Part shown: positions 30,670 to 38,668 of the stretch, in pieces | How positions within the stretch are numbered: position 1 is the stretch's first letter | Layout of the letters: each line of letters opens with the position of its first letter | From: an uncultured Candidatus Saccharibacteria bacterium | Lineage (GTDB): Bacteria; Patescibacteriota; Saccharimonadia; Saccharimonadales; JAGQNJ01 | Direction of reading: 5' to 3' | Length of the DNA stretch: 64,000 bases | Assembly: GCA_964577565.1 (NCBI GenBank) | Contig: CAZNZL010000001.1 | Span: forward strand, 142,566-206,565 | Position numbers and translations under genes: made by a program | Notes under the pieces: generated by a model | What the model was told of the DNA's origin: nothing | What the model saw: only the letters and a program-made list of their open reading frames with translations | Database searches by the model: none

Positions 30670-31056
30670 TTAGGCAAGCTCCACAATTGCGCCTGCGTCT
30701 TCAAGCGCTTTCTTGGCGTTTTCAGCATCTTCTTTTTTGGCTTTTTCAAGCACTGGCTTTGGTGCGCCGTCTACAACGGCTTTAGCTTCACCAAGACCAA
30801 GACCAGTAATTTCTTTTACTGCCTTAATAACAGCTACTTTTTGTGCGCCTGCATCTTTAAGAATGACATCAAATTCACTCTTTTCTTCTGCGGCACCAGC
30901 ATCGTCGCCACCTGCAGCAGCAGGACCAGCTACGGCTACGGCTGCAGCTGCGGGTTCAATACCGTACTCATCTTTTAATAGGTTTTTTAGTTCATTTACC
31001 TCTAGAACAGTTAAGCTTGTCAGCTCTTCTGCAAGTTTCTTTAAATCTTTTGCCAT
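30670..31056 (-). CDS. rplL: ribosomal protein L7/L12
   Basis: [13 protein letters not shown]...Ala-rich hinge...[20 protein letters not shown]. Confidence 0.96.
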   Translation of the reverse strand: MAKDLKKLAEELTSLTVLEVNELKNLLKDEYGIEPAAAAVAVAGPAAAGGDDAGAAEEKSEFDVILKDAGAQKVAVIKAVKEITGLGLGEAKAVVDGAPKPVLEKAKKEDAENAKKALEDAGAIVELA

Positions 31057-31075
31057 TATATTCTCCTTAATTATT

Positions 31076-31600
31076 TTAGGCAGTTGCCTTTGCTTCTATA
31101 CCGTCCAGTATTGCATGTAGGTTACCGGAAAGTGCGTTGGTAACATCATTGAGTGGTGAAGCCAATATAGCTATCACTTGGGCAATAAGCTCGTTCTTGC
31201 CCGGTAGGTTTGCTAATGCCTTGACGTCATCAGCACCGAAAAACTGACCTTCTGCCGTGATAGCGCCAACAAATTGTAGGTTTGGGTTGTTTTTGGCGAA
31301 TGCTGCAAGTACCTGAGCAGGTGCTACCTCATCGGCGTTATTAAACGCGTATAGAAGTTGTCCTCGTAAGGCGCTTACGTCGGCAGTTTTGAGCTGCTCG
31401 TTGCTTTCAATTGCCTTAATGACGAGTCGGTTTTTTATTACCTTAACAACAGTGCCGTTTGCTTTCGCGTTACGACGTAGCTCTTGCAAGGCTTTAACGC
31501 CCGTACCTTGATAAGCGGCAGCAACTGTTAACTTTGATTCGCCAAGTAAAGTGGTTACTTCACTTACCACTGACTGCTTTTGTTCTTTTGTTAAAGCCAT
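31076..31600 (-). CDS. rplJ: ribosomal protein L10
   Basis: [12 protein letters not shown]...; SD AAAGGA before ATG 31600 (the track's upstream start is unlikely). Confidence 0.9.
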   Translation of the reverse strand: MALTKEQKQSVVSEVTTLLGESKLTVAAAYQGTGVKALQELRRNAKANGTVVKVIKNRLVIKAIESNEQLKTADVSALRGQLLYAFNNADEVAPAQVLAAFAKNNPNLQFVGAITAEGQFFGADDVKALANLPGKNELIAQVIAILASPLNDVTNALSGNLHAILDGIEAKATA

Positions 31601-31808
31601 AGGGTATCCTTTACTTGTTATAGTTGTATCGACCAAATTTTAAATGTTCTTTTACCAAAAAAGCCTTTGGCATTCCAAAGACTTTTATACGATTTTTGCT
31701 TAAACGGCTTCTCGTACCTCGGTAGCATTCTTAATTCGCTCGTGAGCGAACGCTACTGTCTTTGGTAAATAACATCTTAATTTTAACAAATTATTATTGT
31801 TTCGTCAA
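31601..31808 (-). promoter_or_regulatory. rplJ promoter plus L10-leader-like 5' UTR with an internal hairpin and U-run
   Basis: Minus strand: TTGACG (31808-31803), 17 nt, TAAAAT (31785-31780). Leader hairpins TTCGCTcacgAGCGAA and CTTTGGaatgCCAAAG followed by T6 (31657-31681). Not checked with a covariance model. Confidence 0.45.
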
Positions 31809-32410
31809 TCGGTGTATTCTTCACACTCAACCGCAACAGTAGCACTGAGCACAGGAGCTGCTCGATGTTGATTTAAGAAATCTAATGTAGATCGCATTTG
31901 TCGTTGATGAGACGTTGGTAACTCAGATTGGATAACGGGGCCGGTGCGGTTACATTCAGTCGACAGGCCTTCGGGTAACTCAAATTGTCGAATAATGGCC
32001 TGGGATTGTTCGTCATAAGAAACGACATGTAAGCCTGGAGTCCATGTGTCCAGTGGATTAAAAGCACGAACGAAGATTACATCATCATTACTGGCTGGCC
32101 GTAAATGCCGACGAAAAATTGGCTGAACGTCCATGGTTGTCCGTTGCAAATCCTCAGACACAACAATCACACGAAACCATGGATGATCATTGCCGGGTTT
32201 TGTGCTACGAGGCCTCCCTTCATTCAAAAGTGCCCACGAGTCGATGGTTCGTTTTTTTGCCTGCCAACCATGTTCTTCAGCCAGTCGGTGTAATTGTTGA
32301 AACGATGCTTCATCGTATTGAGCTACATACTTGCGAGCAGCCTCTGCCAGGCTGTGTGTTCCTTCATCTGTCATATTGTTAGATCGTTCATAACTATGTT
32401 GCGCGGCCAT
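31805..32410 (-). CDS. hypothetical 201-aa protein (orphan)
   Basis: ATG 32410 preceded by GAAGGAA. The stop TGA is embedded in the -35 of the rplJ promoter. Confidence 0.6.
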   Translation of the reverse strand: MAAQHSYERSNNMTDEGTHSLAEAARKYVAQYDEASFQQLHRLAEEHGWQAKKRTIDSWALLNEGRPRSTKPGNDHPWFRVIVVSEDLQRTTMDVQPIFRRHLRPASNDDVIFVRAFNPLDTWTPGLHVVSYDEQSQAIIRQFELPEGLSTECNRTGPVIQSELPTSHQRQMRSTLDFLNQHRAAPVLSATVAVECEEYTD

Positions 32411-32428
32411 TATGTGTTCCTTCAATCT

Positions 32429-32451
32429 AAAAACCCCGCTTGAGCGGGGTT
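32429..32451 (-). terminator. hairpin plus U-run located 18 nt upstream of the ORF start at 32410 (leader terminator/attenuator)
   Basis: Minus strand: aaCCCCGCtcaaGCGGGGttttt. Confidence 0.65.
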
Positions 32452-32548
32452 GTTGCTTTACTTATTTGCTATAACAAACACTACACCCGCTTGCGCGTGT
32501 AATCAATAATCTTAGAGATAATTATTGCTCGTGTCATTACAAGCAACA

Positions 32549-32577
32549 TTTATACGCTTAACTATTGCTATTGTCAA
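32549..32577 (-). promoter_or_regulatory. sigma70-like promoter for the 31805-32410 gene
   Basis: Minus strand: TTGACA (32577-32572), 17 nt, TATAAA (32554-32549). The -35 overlaps the stop codon of the upstream ORF. Confidence 0.55.
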
Positions 32578-32873
32578 GCAGGTAGATTGAGTCGCTGAGC
32601 ATTGGTTGTCATAGTGATAGTGTGCGGTCTGTCACCCTCCTGACTTTCGGACCCGTCAAAAGGCACGATAACGATAGTATCCGAAATAGGTCCTCGAATG
32701 TTGTTATCTGCGGGATATGTTCTTTGTTCGTACATATCAGGGCCAGCTACTTCAACGGTTGTTTTGTGTGTAGCGCCTGCAACTTGCGTGCGCACACCGT
32801 TGGTTATATGTGTAACGTCTACATTGCTTGAACGCTCCAAATAGTCTTTTACTTTTTCTGAAATTGCCATCAT
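32574..32873 (-). CDS. hypothetical 99-aa protein (orphan)
   Basis: SD AAGGAAAC before the ATGATG start; no motif recognised. Confidence 0.6.
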   Translation of the reverse strand: MMAISEKVKDYLERSSNVDVTHITNGVRTQVAGATHKTTVEVAGPDMYEQRTYPADNNIRGPISDTIVIVPFDGSESQEGDRPHTITMTTNAQRLNLPA

Positions 32874-32900
32874 GTTTCCTTATATCAAATTAATTGCGTT

Positions 32901-32982
32901 AAAAAAGCCCAATGTTGATCGGGCTGTGCTGGTCGGTAGAATGTATTTACCGTTCAGGCTTCGCGTATGCTAAGCACAGCCC
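32901..32982 (-). promoter_or_regulatory. leader with mutually exclusive helices (10-bp long-range helix versus a short hairpin plus U6) upstream of the 32574-32873 gene
   Basis: Plus 32921-32930 gggctgtgct is the perfect reverse complement of plus 32973-32982 agcacagccc. The gggct at 32921-32925 is also one arm of the hairpin agccc/gggct (32906-32925), which is followed on the minus strand by T6. Confidence 0.5.
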
Positions 32983-33037
32983 TTTAAGGCCGAGGAGGAG
33001 GTCAAGACCAAGCTGTACTTTATAGATCATTAATGGC

Positions 33038-33065
33038 ATTATAGCAAAATTAGGCTACTTGACAA
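33038..33065 (-). promoter_or_regulatory. sigma70-like promoter for the 32574-32873 gene
   Basis: Minus strand: TTGTCA (33065-33060), 16 nt, TATAAT (33043-33038). Confidence 0.55.
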
Positions 33066-33087
33066 GTTTTTTGAAAGAGCGTACATT
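33059..33087 (+). promoter_or_regulatory. divergent plus-strand promoter sharing the -35 region with the minus-strand promoter
   Basis: TTGACA (33059-33064), 17 nt, TACATT (33082-33087). Confidence 0.45.
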
Positions 33088-33212
33088 AAATACTCGTGAA
33101 TACATTTCAACACATTATTGCTAAGATCTGCATGGGCCGCAACTACGGTTTTGTGCTCGTGGTTGCATAATTTGTTGGAGTAGGTTCGCAAGCAAACAAT
33201 TTGGTAGACAAC

Positions 33213-33246
33213 AAACCGGACTCCAACAACAAGGTCCGGTTTTTTA
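33213..33246 (+). terminator. intrinsic terminator about 150 nt downstream of the plus-strand promoter (end of an sRNA, or leader terminator of the 33373 gene)
   Basis: AAACCGGACtccaacaacaagGTCCGGTTTttt. Confidence 0.7.
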
Positions 33247-33372
33247 CTGCGGCGAATCGATGATTGTCCTCGGTTGAGAATAATCATGGGAGCACCGCTT
33301 CCATATAAGTCTGTCCTGCACTGCGTAGGATAGCCATCCGAAAGGATGACCTTAACAAGGGGGAAGAATAGT

Positions 33373-33567
33373 ATGGTTGACGTGTATCTCGATGAGGTAG
33401 CCGAAGACCGGGTCAGGCGCATGAGTGAAGCAGCGCGCGTTGACCGGGCCATGCGCCGTACTCGTCGCTTGCTCCAGTCACCGATGGCGGCTGATGCAAC
33501 TCTGCGTCAACGCTGGGAGAACAAGCTTCGCAATCAAGAGCGTCAGTTGTCATCACTTTGTCGCTAG
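33373..33567 (+). CDS. hypothetical 64-aa Arg-rich helical protein (orphan)
   Basis: ATG 33373 preceded by AAGGGGGAAG. Sequence MVDVYLDEVAEDRVRRMSEAARVDRAMRRTRRLL... Confidence 0.45.
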   Translation: MVDVYLDEVAEDRVRRMSEAARVDRAMRRTRRLLQSPMAADATLRQRWENKLRNQERQLSSLCR

Positions 33568-33744
33568 ACGACAAAGCTATTGATATGGTGGGGCTGCAGG
33601 GTTTGACCTTGCAGTAAGCAGTTTGTGATAACAACTGTTTTCTGATGATTCATCAGGACCCACCACACCCATACCGCTTACCACTGCTATAACTATAATC
33701 AGACATATTCTTCCCCCTAAATAAACAAAATTAGGAACGTATTT

Positions 33745-33969
33745 ATGAATCAGAATGGGGAATTTGAGGCCACCGGCGATGCAATAATAGAATCTCTAGA
33801 ACGCAACTGGCAAGAGGTGCGTCGGAATGGAATTGTTAGTAGTGTTATAGTTGAGCCCTCAGCTTTAATACTGAGTGTTCGCGATGAAACCTGGGACGGT
33901 ATTAAATCAGGTCGTCTTCAACGAACGGATACACCTCCCGAACACCACTATGTTTATGAAGATGTATAG
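33745..33969 (+). CDS. hypothetical 74-aa protein (orphan)
   Basis: Weak SD (AGGAA). Convergent with the tmk-thyX stop, 2 nt away. Confidence 0.45.
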   Translation: MNQNGEFEATGDAIIESLERNWQEVRRNGIVSSVIVEPSALILSVRDETWDGIKSGRLQRTDTPPEHHYVYEDV

Positions 33970-33971
33970 CT

Positions 33972-36290
33972 TTAAGACTTGTCTAGTTGTTTTAATTTAA
34001 ATTGTGTATATCGTTCAGCTGCCAACCGTGTTAATTCAGGGTCCTCACCCTGATTTACAAACTTCATGGCTTCAGCAATTAATGGATGTACTTCTGCAAG
34101 CTTTTCGTGCATTTGTTGTACGAGTTTTCGATAGCCAGGGTGGCCTTGTGGTGAGGTTCGTAGCTCATGAAGGTGAAATGCTTCGCGGGCATTATACGTT
34201 ACCTTCCAGCGCATTTTATGACCAAGTAGTGTTGCATATTGGGCTTCAAGTTCGTACCCAGCTGCCTGAAGTTCGCTGTAGAGCTGAAGGCTACTATCGA
34301 AACACTTTTCAAACAAATCAACCAACCCGGCCTCTTCAATTAATTTTGGAATATCATAGCCGTAACGCGGGGTTAAATACTGCCATTCAAGGTCATCAAC
34401 GATGCGGTGGCGCTGTAGGTCTCTAAAGATACCGTAGTCACATATTAAATCCCAGCTATAATGAGCTTTTTCTAAGGCTCTGCCTGGCTTGTGCCGGCGA
34501 TTTAACCGCTCACCCATATAACTTCTAAAGATTTCTACGCGCTTATCGTATGGCAAATTAAGGACGCTACGATTTAAGTCTTCCAGTGGTAGGTTGGTGT
34601 GTTCATATAACATATCTGCAACCAAATCGAGCTCGTTGCGTGGCCAATAGCTCGTTAGGGTGACGGCTTCGTTTGCTTCGCTATAATGGCTTGGTACTAC
34701 TTCTTGGGCGTGTTGCTTCATGGCGGCGCGGGTGTTTGACCAATAGGCAATAGTAGCACCGCCTCGATCAGCTTTATCGGCTCGTTCTAAGAAAGTTGAG
34801 ACTACTTTTCGACTTTCATCAAGCAGGGCCTGACCTACGTCACGTGCTTCTGGCAAATCATCGCTAAGTAAGTGCATAATTAAGCTTTCTAAGGCCTGGC
34901 CAGAAGCATAAATGCCAACCGTTGACGTCGTAGCAACGGGCAGAACCGGACGTACGGCATCACATGCCTGAGCTCGGGTAGCTCCCTTCCACGCTAGATC
35001 TTGCTCTTTTTTTGGAACGTTAGAGTTTTTTCGTACGTGATCAGTAAGTTTGTGAACCATTTCAGAATATAAATCAAAAATTTTGTCCATGCTGTCGATG
35101 TATTTTTGTTTTACATCATCATTAAAGTGTTTTGGCGTTAAGTAGCGGTAATTGCCGTTTTTGTCTTTTTGGTCAAAATATATGTAGCGAGTTGACTGTT
35201 CTAAATATGAAGCCAATCGGCCCCACTCAAGCTTTTTGGTTAGCAAATTCGAGGCGTTTTCTACCACAACATGTTGCCCTGCAAGCTGCTGTACGGAGTC
35301 ATCTCCGTAGGCAGTAATAACGCGGCGCAGCAAATCCTTGTCTTTATCTGCTTTATTGGCAAACTCATCTAAGATTGTTATACGCATATCATCGCCGCGA
35401 CGGCTTAAACGCGCCATAGCCGCAGCAATTGTGACCGTGCTTAGCTCGTCGGTAAACGCATAAACATTGTCAGTTGTATTTGTAACGGCTTTTTGAAGAT
35501 ATGCCTTGCCATTATCGGTGATTTCATAGCCGTTTTCAGTCTTACGCAGCAATTCAGTTTCGTCTTGTTGCTTATTGCTGGTTTTTAGCATAGGTTTGAC
35601 TTTCTCCCATATTAAGTTATGAATTTCATCAATACTGAGTAGTTTGCCGTCACGTATACTGTCAATACGCTGAAAGTCTTTTGGAAACAACTCGCATAAA
35701 TCTTTATATACTTCAAGTGAGCGCTCAATGTGTGCTTCATCAGCTTCATGAATGTCTTTTTTGACATGCGTGCTTGAGTTCTCTTTTGCAGCTAGCCGTT
35801 CTTTGATGACTTCAAGTGGTGTATATAAAACAAAGCTTAAGTTTGGACGGGGTATGCCGAGCATTTCAAACTCTAAATTATCGAGCCAAATAAAATACCC
35901 CCGCCGTTCTTCTGGGTTGTTAAATTTTGTACCTTGGTGCGCCATGTTTGAGCCCACATACCGGTCGCACAACACAATTTTACCGGCCCTAAGAGCGTCT
36001 TTGATTTCTTTGGCGGCCTGGTAACGGTCTAAGGCATAAAACATCGAGCTCTTGTACGGCCCTACCTCGTTAGCCTCGCCGTACTTACCTGCGAGGTATT
36101 CGCGAACAAAGTAGCTTGATTCTTCATCGTAACGAGGAAAATGAATATTCAGGATATCATAGCCCTCGTCGGTTAGCTTTTTTTGCAGCGCTTCATACTG
36201 CGTAGATTTACCTGACCCGTCAGTACCCTCAATGACGATGAACAAACCAGTTTCTTCCCCACCCTTGTTAAGTGTGGAAGAATTATTCAT
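33972..36290 (-). CDS. fusion protein: N-terminal thymidylate kinase plus a roughly 540-aa tandem ThyX-like (flavin-dependent thymidylate synthase) module
   Basis: Tmk part: IVIEGTDGSGKSTQ P-loop and CDRYVGSNMAHQ. C-terminal part: LASYLEQSTRYIYF (S..S.RY block) in the first repeat, FRDLQRHRIVD (RHR) in the second, and FHLHELRTSPQGHPGYR. ATG 36290 overlaps the dcd stop by 8 nt. Confidence 0.75.
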   Translation of the reverse strand: MNNSSTLNKGGEETGLFIVIEGTDGSGKSTQYEALQKKLTDEGYDILNIHFPRYDEESSYFVREYLAGKYGEANEVGPYKSSMFYALDRYQAAKEIKDALRAGKIVLCDRYVGSNMAHQGTKFNNPEERRGYFIWLDNLEFEMLGIPRPNLSFVLYTPLEVIKERLAAKENSSTHVKKDIHEADEAHIERSLEVYKDLCELFPKDFQRIDSIRDGKLLSIDEIHNLIWEKVKPMLKTSNKQQDETELLRKTENGYEITDNGKAYLQKAVTNTTDNVYAFTDELSTVTIAAAMARLSRRGDDMRITILDEFANKADKDKDLLRRVITAYGDDSVQQLAGQHVVVENASNLLTKKLEWGRLASYLEQSTRYIYFDQKDKNGNYRYLTPKHFNDDVKQKYIDSMDKIFDLYSEMVHKLTDHVRKNSNVPKKEQDLAWKGATRAQACDAVRPVLPVATTSTVGIYASGQALESLIMHLLSDDLPEARDVGQALLDESRKVVSTFLERADKADRGGATIAYWSNTRAAMKQHAQEVVPSHYSEANEAVTLTSYWPRNELDLVADMLYEHTNLPLEDLNRSVLNLPYDKRVEIFRSYMGERLNRRHKPGRALEKAHYSWDLICDYGIFRDLQRHRIVDDLEWQYLTPRYGYDIPKLIEEAGLVDLFEKCFDSSLQLYSELQAAGYELEAQYATLLGHKMRWKVTYNAREAFHLHELRTSPQGHPGYRKLVQQMHEKLAEVHPLIAEAMKFVNQGEDPELTRLAAERYTQFKLKQLDKS

Positions 36291-36987
36291 ATTTAATACC
36301 TTTAATGGCCTCCGGCTTGATTCTCGTGTCTTTGTACGCACGTGGCAGCATTTGATCCGGGCTCCAGGCTGAAACAATACTTTCAATATTGTTACTAGTG
36401 TTTGACTGATATTTGCCGCTCAATTTTTTATACTCTTGGTCAACGGGCCCTGTTTCGTAAAAGACCATTTGTGCAATACGTTCGCCTACCGGTAAGACGA
36501 CACTTTCATGTTGGTTCATGTTGTAGATCTCCATGGTCCACCTATTAACATAACCCGGGTCGCCCCAACCGGCATCAAGGCAAACTGCTACACCGTTTCT
36601 GCCCCATGTGCTTCGAGCCTGCATAGTGCTTGTTCCTGGTGCTTTGATACCAATAAATTCATGAGTATGAGCCAATATGCGCTCGTGCGGCCGCAACACA
36701 ATAATAGGATGGTCTGGTGGAATATTTTTAAATAGAGCGCGCCCGTGAGCTTTTGCCCACTGTTTGTGAATCTCTGCTTTGAACGGGCCGCTAAAATAAT
36801 TATCTACTGACTGTTTATCAAAAGGGTTATAAAACCCACCTTGGCTCGGACGCTCGGTGCGGTAATACCAATAGCCCAACGTAACATCTACGCTGCTGCC
36901 AGCAATGTTTTTCTCGGTATAGGGGTGAAAAACTATATGCCCGTCTTTAACAGCTTTTTTTATTTGTCGGTTACTATATACTCCCAT
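36283..36987 (-). CDS. dcd: dCTP deaminase / dUTPase-superfamily protein
   Basis: SNRQIKKAVKDGHIVFHPY, GSSVDVTLG, ERIAQMVFYE. ATG 36987 with GAGGGAG upstream (the alternative ATG 37014 is possible). Confidence 0.82.
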   Translation of the reverse strand: MGVYSNRQIKKAVKDGHIVFHPYTEKNIAGSSVDVTLGYWYYRTERPSQGGFYNPFDKQSVDNYFSGPFKAEIHKQWAKAHGRALFKNIPPDHPIIVLRPHERILAHTHEFIGIKAPGTSTMQARSTWGRNGVAVCLDAGWGDPGYVNRWTMEIYNMNQHESVVLPVGERIAQMVFYETGPVDQEYKKLSGKYQSNTSNNIESIVSAWSPDQMLPRAYKDTRIKPEAIKGIKYE

Positions 36988-37111
36988 GACTCCCTCGTTT
37001 TCTCTATTGTACACAAGAATGACACCGTAGGGCTAGGGGTAACGAGCATATTACAACATAAACGAACCGCCTGCTTGAAACAGGCGGTCAACCGTTACGA
37101 AAAGTCGATTT

Positions 37112-38026
37112 TTAAACGTCGCTATTATTTACGTGAATACTAGGGCCCATAGTCGTGGTTACAAAAACAGACTGGATGTAGCTGCCTTTTAGGCTGGCCG
37201 GCTTGGCGGTCTTGATGGCGTTTATGATGGCATTGGCGTTTTGCTCTAGATCTTCAGGTTTAAAGCTTGCTTTACCAATGCTTAAATGGATTATGCCGGT
37301 GCTATCTACGCGGTATTCAACCTTGCCTGCCTTGGCTTCTTTAACGGCTGTTGCTACGTCTTTTGTAACCGTGCCGCTCTTTGGGTTTGGCATAAGGCCT
37401 TTAGGGCCAAGTAACCGAGCGTATTTGCCGAGTTTAGCCATCATTTGTGGCGTTGATATTAAAACGTCAAAGTCAAGTTGTTCTTTGTCGAGTTTTTGTA
37501 GAAAGTCATCTGAACCGGTAATATCGGCACCTGCTGCCTGAGCCTTTTTAGCATCGTCAACATCTGCGAATACAGCTACACGTACCGTTCTGCCGCTACC
37601 CGCTGGCAAGGTAACGGTTCCGCGTATATTTTGGTCTGCTTGGCGTGGATCGACACCGAGCTTAATATGAAGCTCTACGCTTGCATCAAACTTGGCAGGA
37701 TTAGTCTTGCCTGCTAGTTCAAGGGCTTCAGCCAGGCTGTATTCTTTGGTTTTATCAATCAACTTAGCTGCTTCTCGAAATTTCTTACCTTTACGTTCTA
37801 AGATAGAACGAGCCGGTTTAACAGGTTGTTTTGGCTTAGCTTTATCAGTCTCTTCTGTAGCGTTTTCTTTGCGTGCTTCTTTGGCTTGCTTTTCTTCAGC
37901 TTCTTTAAGAGCTTTTGTACTGCGCTTTCCGGCTTTTGCGGTAGTAGCAGCTTTTGGCGTTTCTTTTACCTCAGCAACCTGTGCTGCTGTTTCTTCTTTA
38001 GTTTGCTCTTTCTTGGCTTCTGCCAT
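37112..38026 (-). CDS. rplA: ribosomal protein L1 with a roughly 75-aa Lys/Glu/Ala-rich N-terminal extension
   Basis: Core [13 protein letters not shown]...[24 protein letters not shown]...; SD AAAGGAG before ATG 38026. Confidence 0.92.
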   Translation of the reverse strand: MAEAKKEQTKEETAAQVAEVKETPKAATTAKAGKRSTKALKEAEEKQAKEARKENATEETDKAKPKQPVKPARSILERKGKKFREAAKLIDKTKEYSLAEALELAGKTNPAKFDASVELHIKLGVDPRQADQNIRGTVTLPAGSGRTVRVAVFADVDDAKKAQAAGADITGSDDFLQKLDKEQLDFDVLISTPQMMAKLGKYARLLGPKGLMPNPKSGTVTKDVATAVKEAKAGKVEYRVDSTGIIHLSIGKASFKPEDLEQNANAIINAIKTAKPASLKGSYIQSVFVTTTMGPSIHVNNSDV

Positions 38027-38153
38027 AACTTCTCCTTTCGTGGTGCAAACATCTGTCAACGTGGCAGACTCCCACAGTTTAATGTAATTATTATAACATC
38101 GAATTTAAAACTATTCTAGTGTTTCAGTTGTTCGCAACGTTTTATGTGCTTTT

Positions 38154-38441
38154 TTAACTTGCATCACCCATGTCGCGATATTTTTGAAGGTACTCTCGCA
38201 GTAGATGCGCAGCTTGATAACTTTCACCTATTGTTGCCTGTTCATGCCAGCGAACATATGTCTCTATGCTTGGAACCTTAATTTCATGTGCAGGGACATC
38301 AGGTCTTCCAACCGACGGCACTGAGCGTATAAGCGCATAATACAATTGACGGTCTTGTTCGGTAAAAAGAAGATCAGGTCGAGCTTTTTCAAGCTCGGTC
38401 ATAGGTTGAATTTTACCATCTAATTGACCGGCGTACTGCAC
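38154..38441 (-). CDS. hypothetical 95-aa protein, third gene of the cassette inserted between rplK and rplA
   Basis: GTG start overlaps the upstream TAG by 1 nt (TAGTG). Helical; no motif recognised. Confidence 0.5.
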   Translation of the reverse strand: MQYAGQLDGKIQPMTELEKARPDLLFTEQDRQLYYALIRSVPSVGRPDVPAHEIKVPSIETYVRWHEQATIGESYQAAHLLREYLQKYRDMGDAS

Positions 38442-38659
38442 TATTGATCAAGCTCTTGCGGACTTCCCGTTTTTTCTTTTATAAAGCCAGTAAGTTGCGC
38501 AACTTGATCATCCGTGAGGATCAGTGAACCAATTTCATATCGTCGTGCTATATCTAAGAGTGCGCGTTTCTCCTCTCCTTCGGCCCATGCCCTAATTGCT
38601 GGTGAATCTGGACTAGCATCGGGTGCTCGACTATAACGTACAATTCCATCGCTTGCCAT
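38441..38659 (-). CDS. hypothetical 72-aa protein, second gene of the cassette
   Basis: ATG lies 9 nt after the upstream stop, with AGGAGA in the spacer. Confidence 0.5.
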   Translation of the reverse strand: MASDGIVRYSRAPDASPDSPAIRAWAEGEEKRALLDIARRYEIGSLILTDDQVAQLTGFIKEKTGSPQELDQ

Positions 38660-38668
38660 AATGATCTC

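Noticed and set aside
30713-31120. 135-aa plus-strand ORF, and many similar ones elsewhere. Examples: 37203-37541, 37692-38087, 37826-38119, 54111-54494, 57823-58197, 51808-52140, 46939-47451, 34004-34426.
   Set aside because: All lie antisense inside strongly supported genes (rplL, rplA, rpsK, rplR, holB, thyX fusion and others). They have low-complexity or Ser/Cys/Phe-rich translations and no SD, so they are shadow ORFs.
33039-33634. ORFs 33039-33452 (-) and 33413-33634 (-) in the orphan islet.
   Set aside because: They have Ser/Arg/Leu-rich, low-complexity translations and no SD. They overlap the better-supported plus-strand promoter, terminator and the 33373 ORF.
38027-38153. A TATAAT box (about 38083-38088, minus strand) as an internal rplA promoter after the inserted cassette.
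   Set aside because: No acceptable -35 lies at 16-18 nt, so this could be chance in AT-rich sequence.
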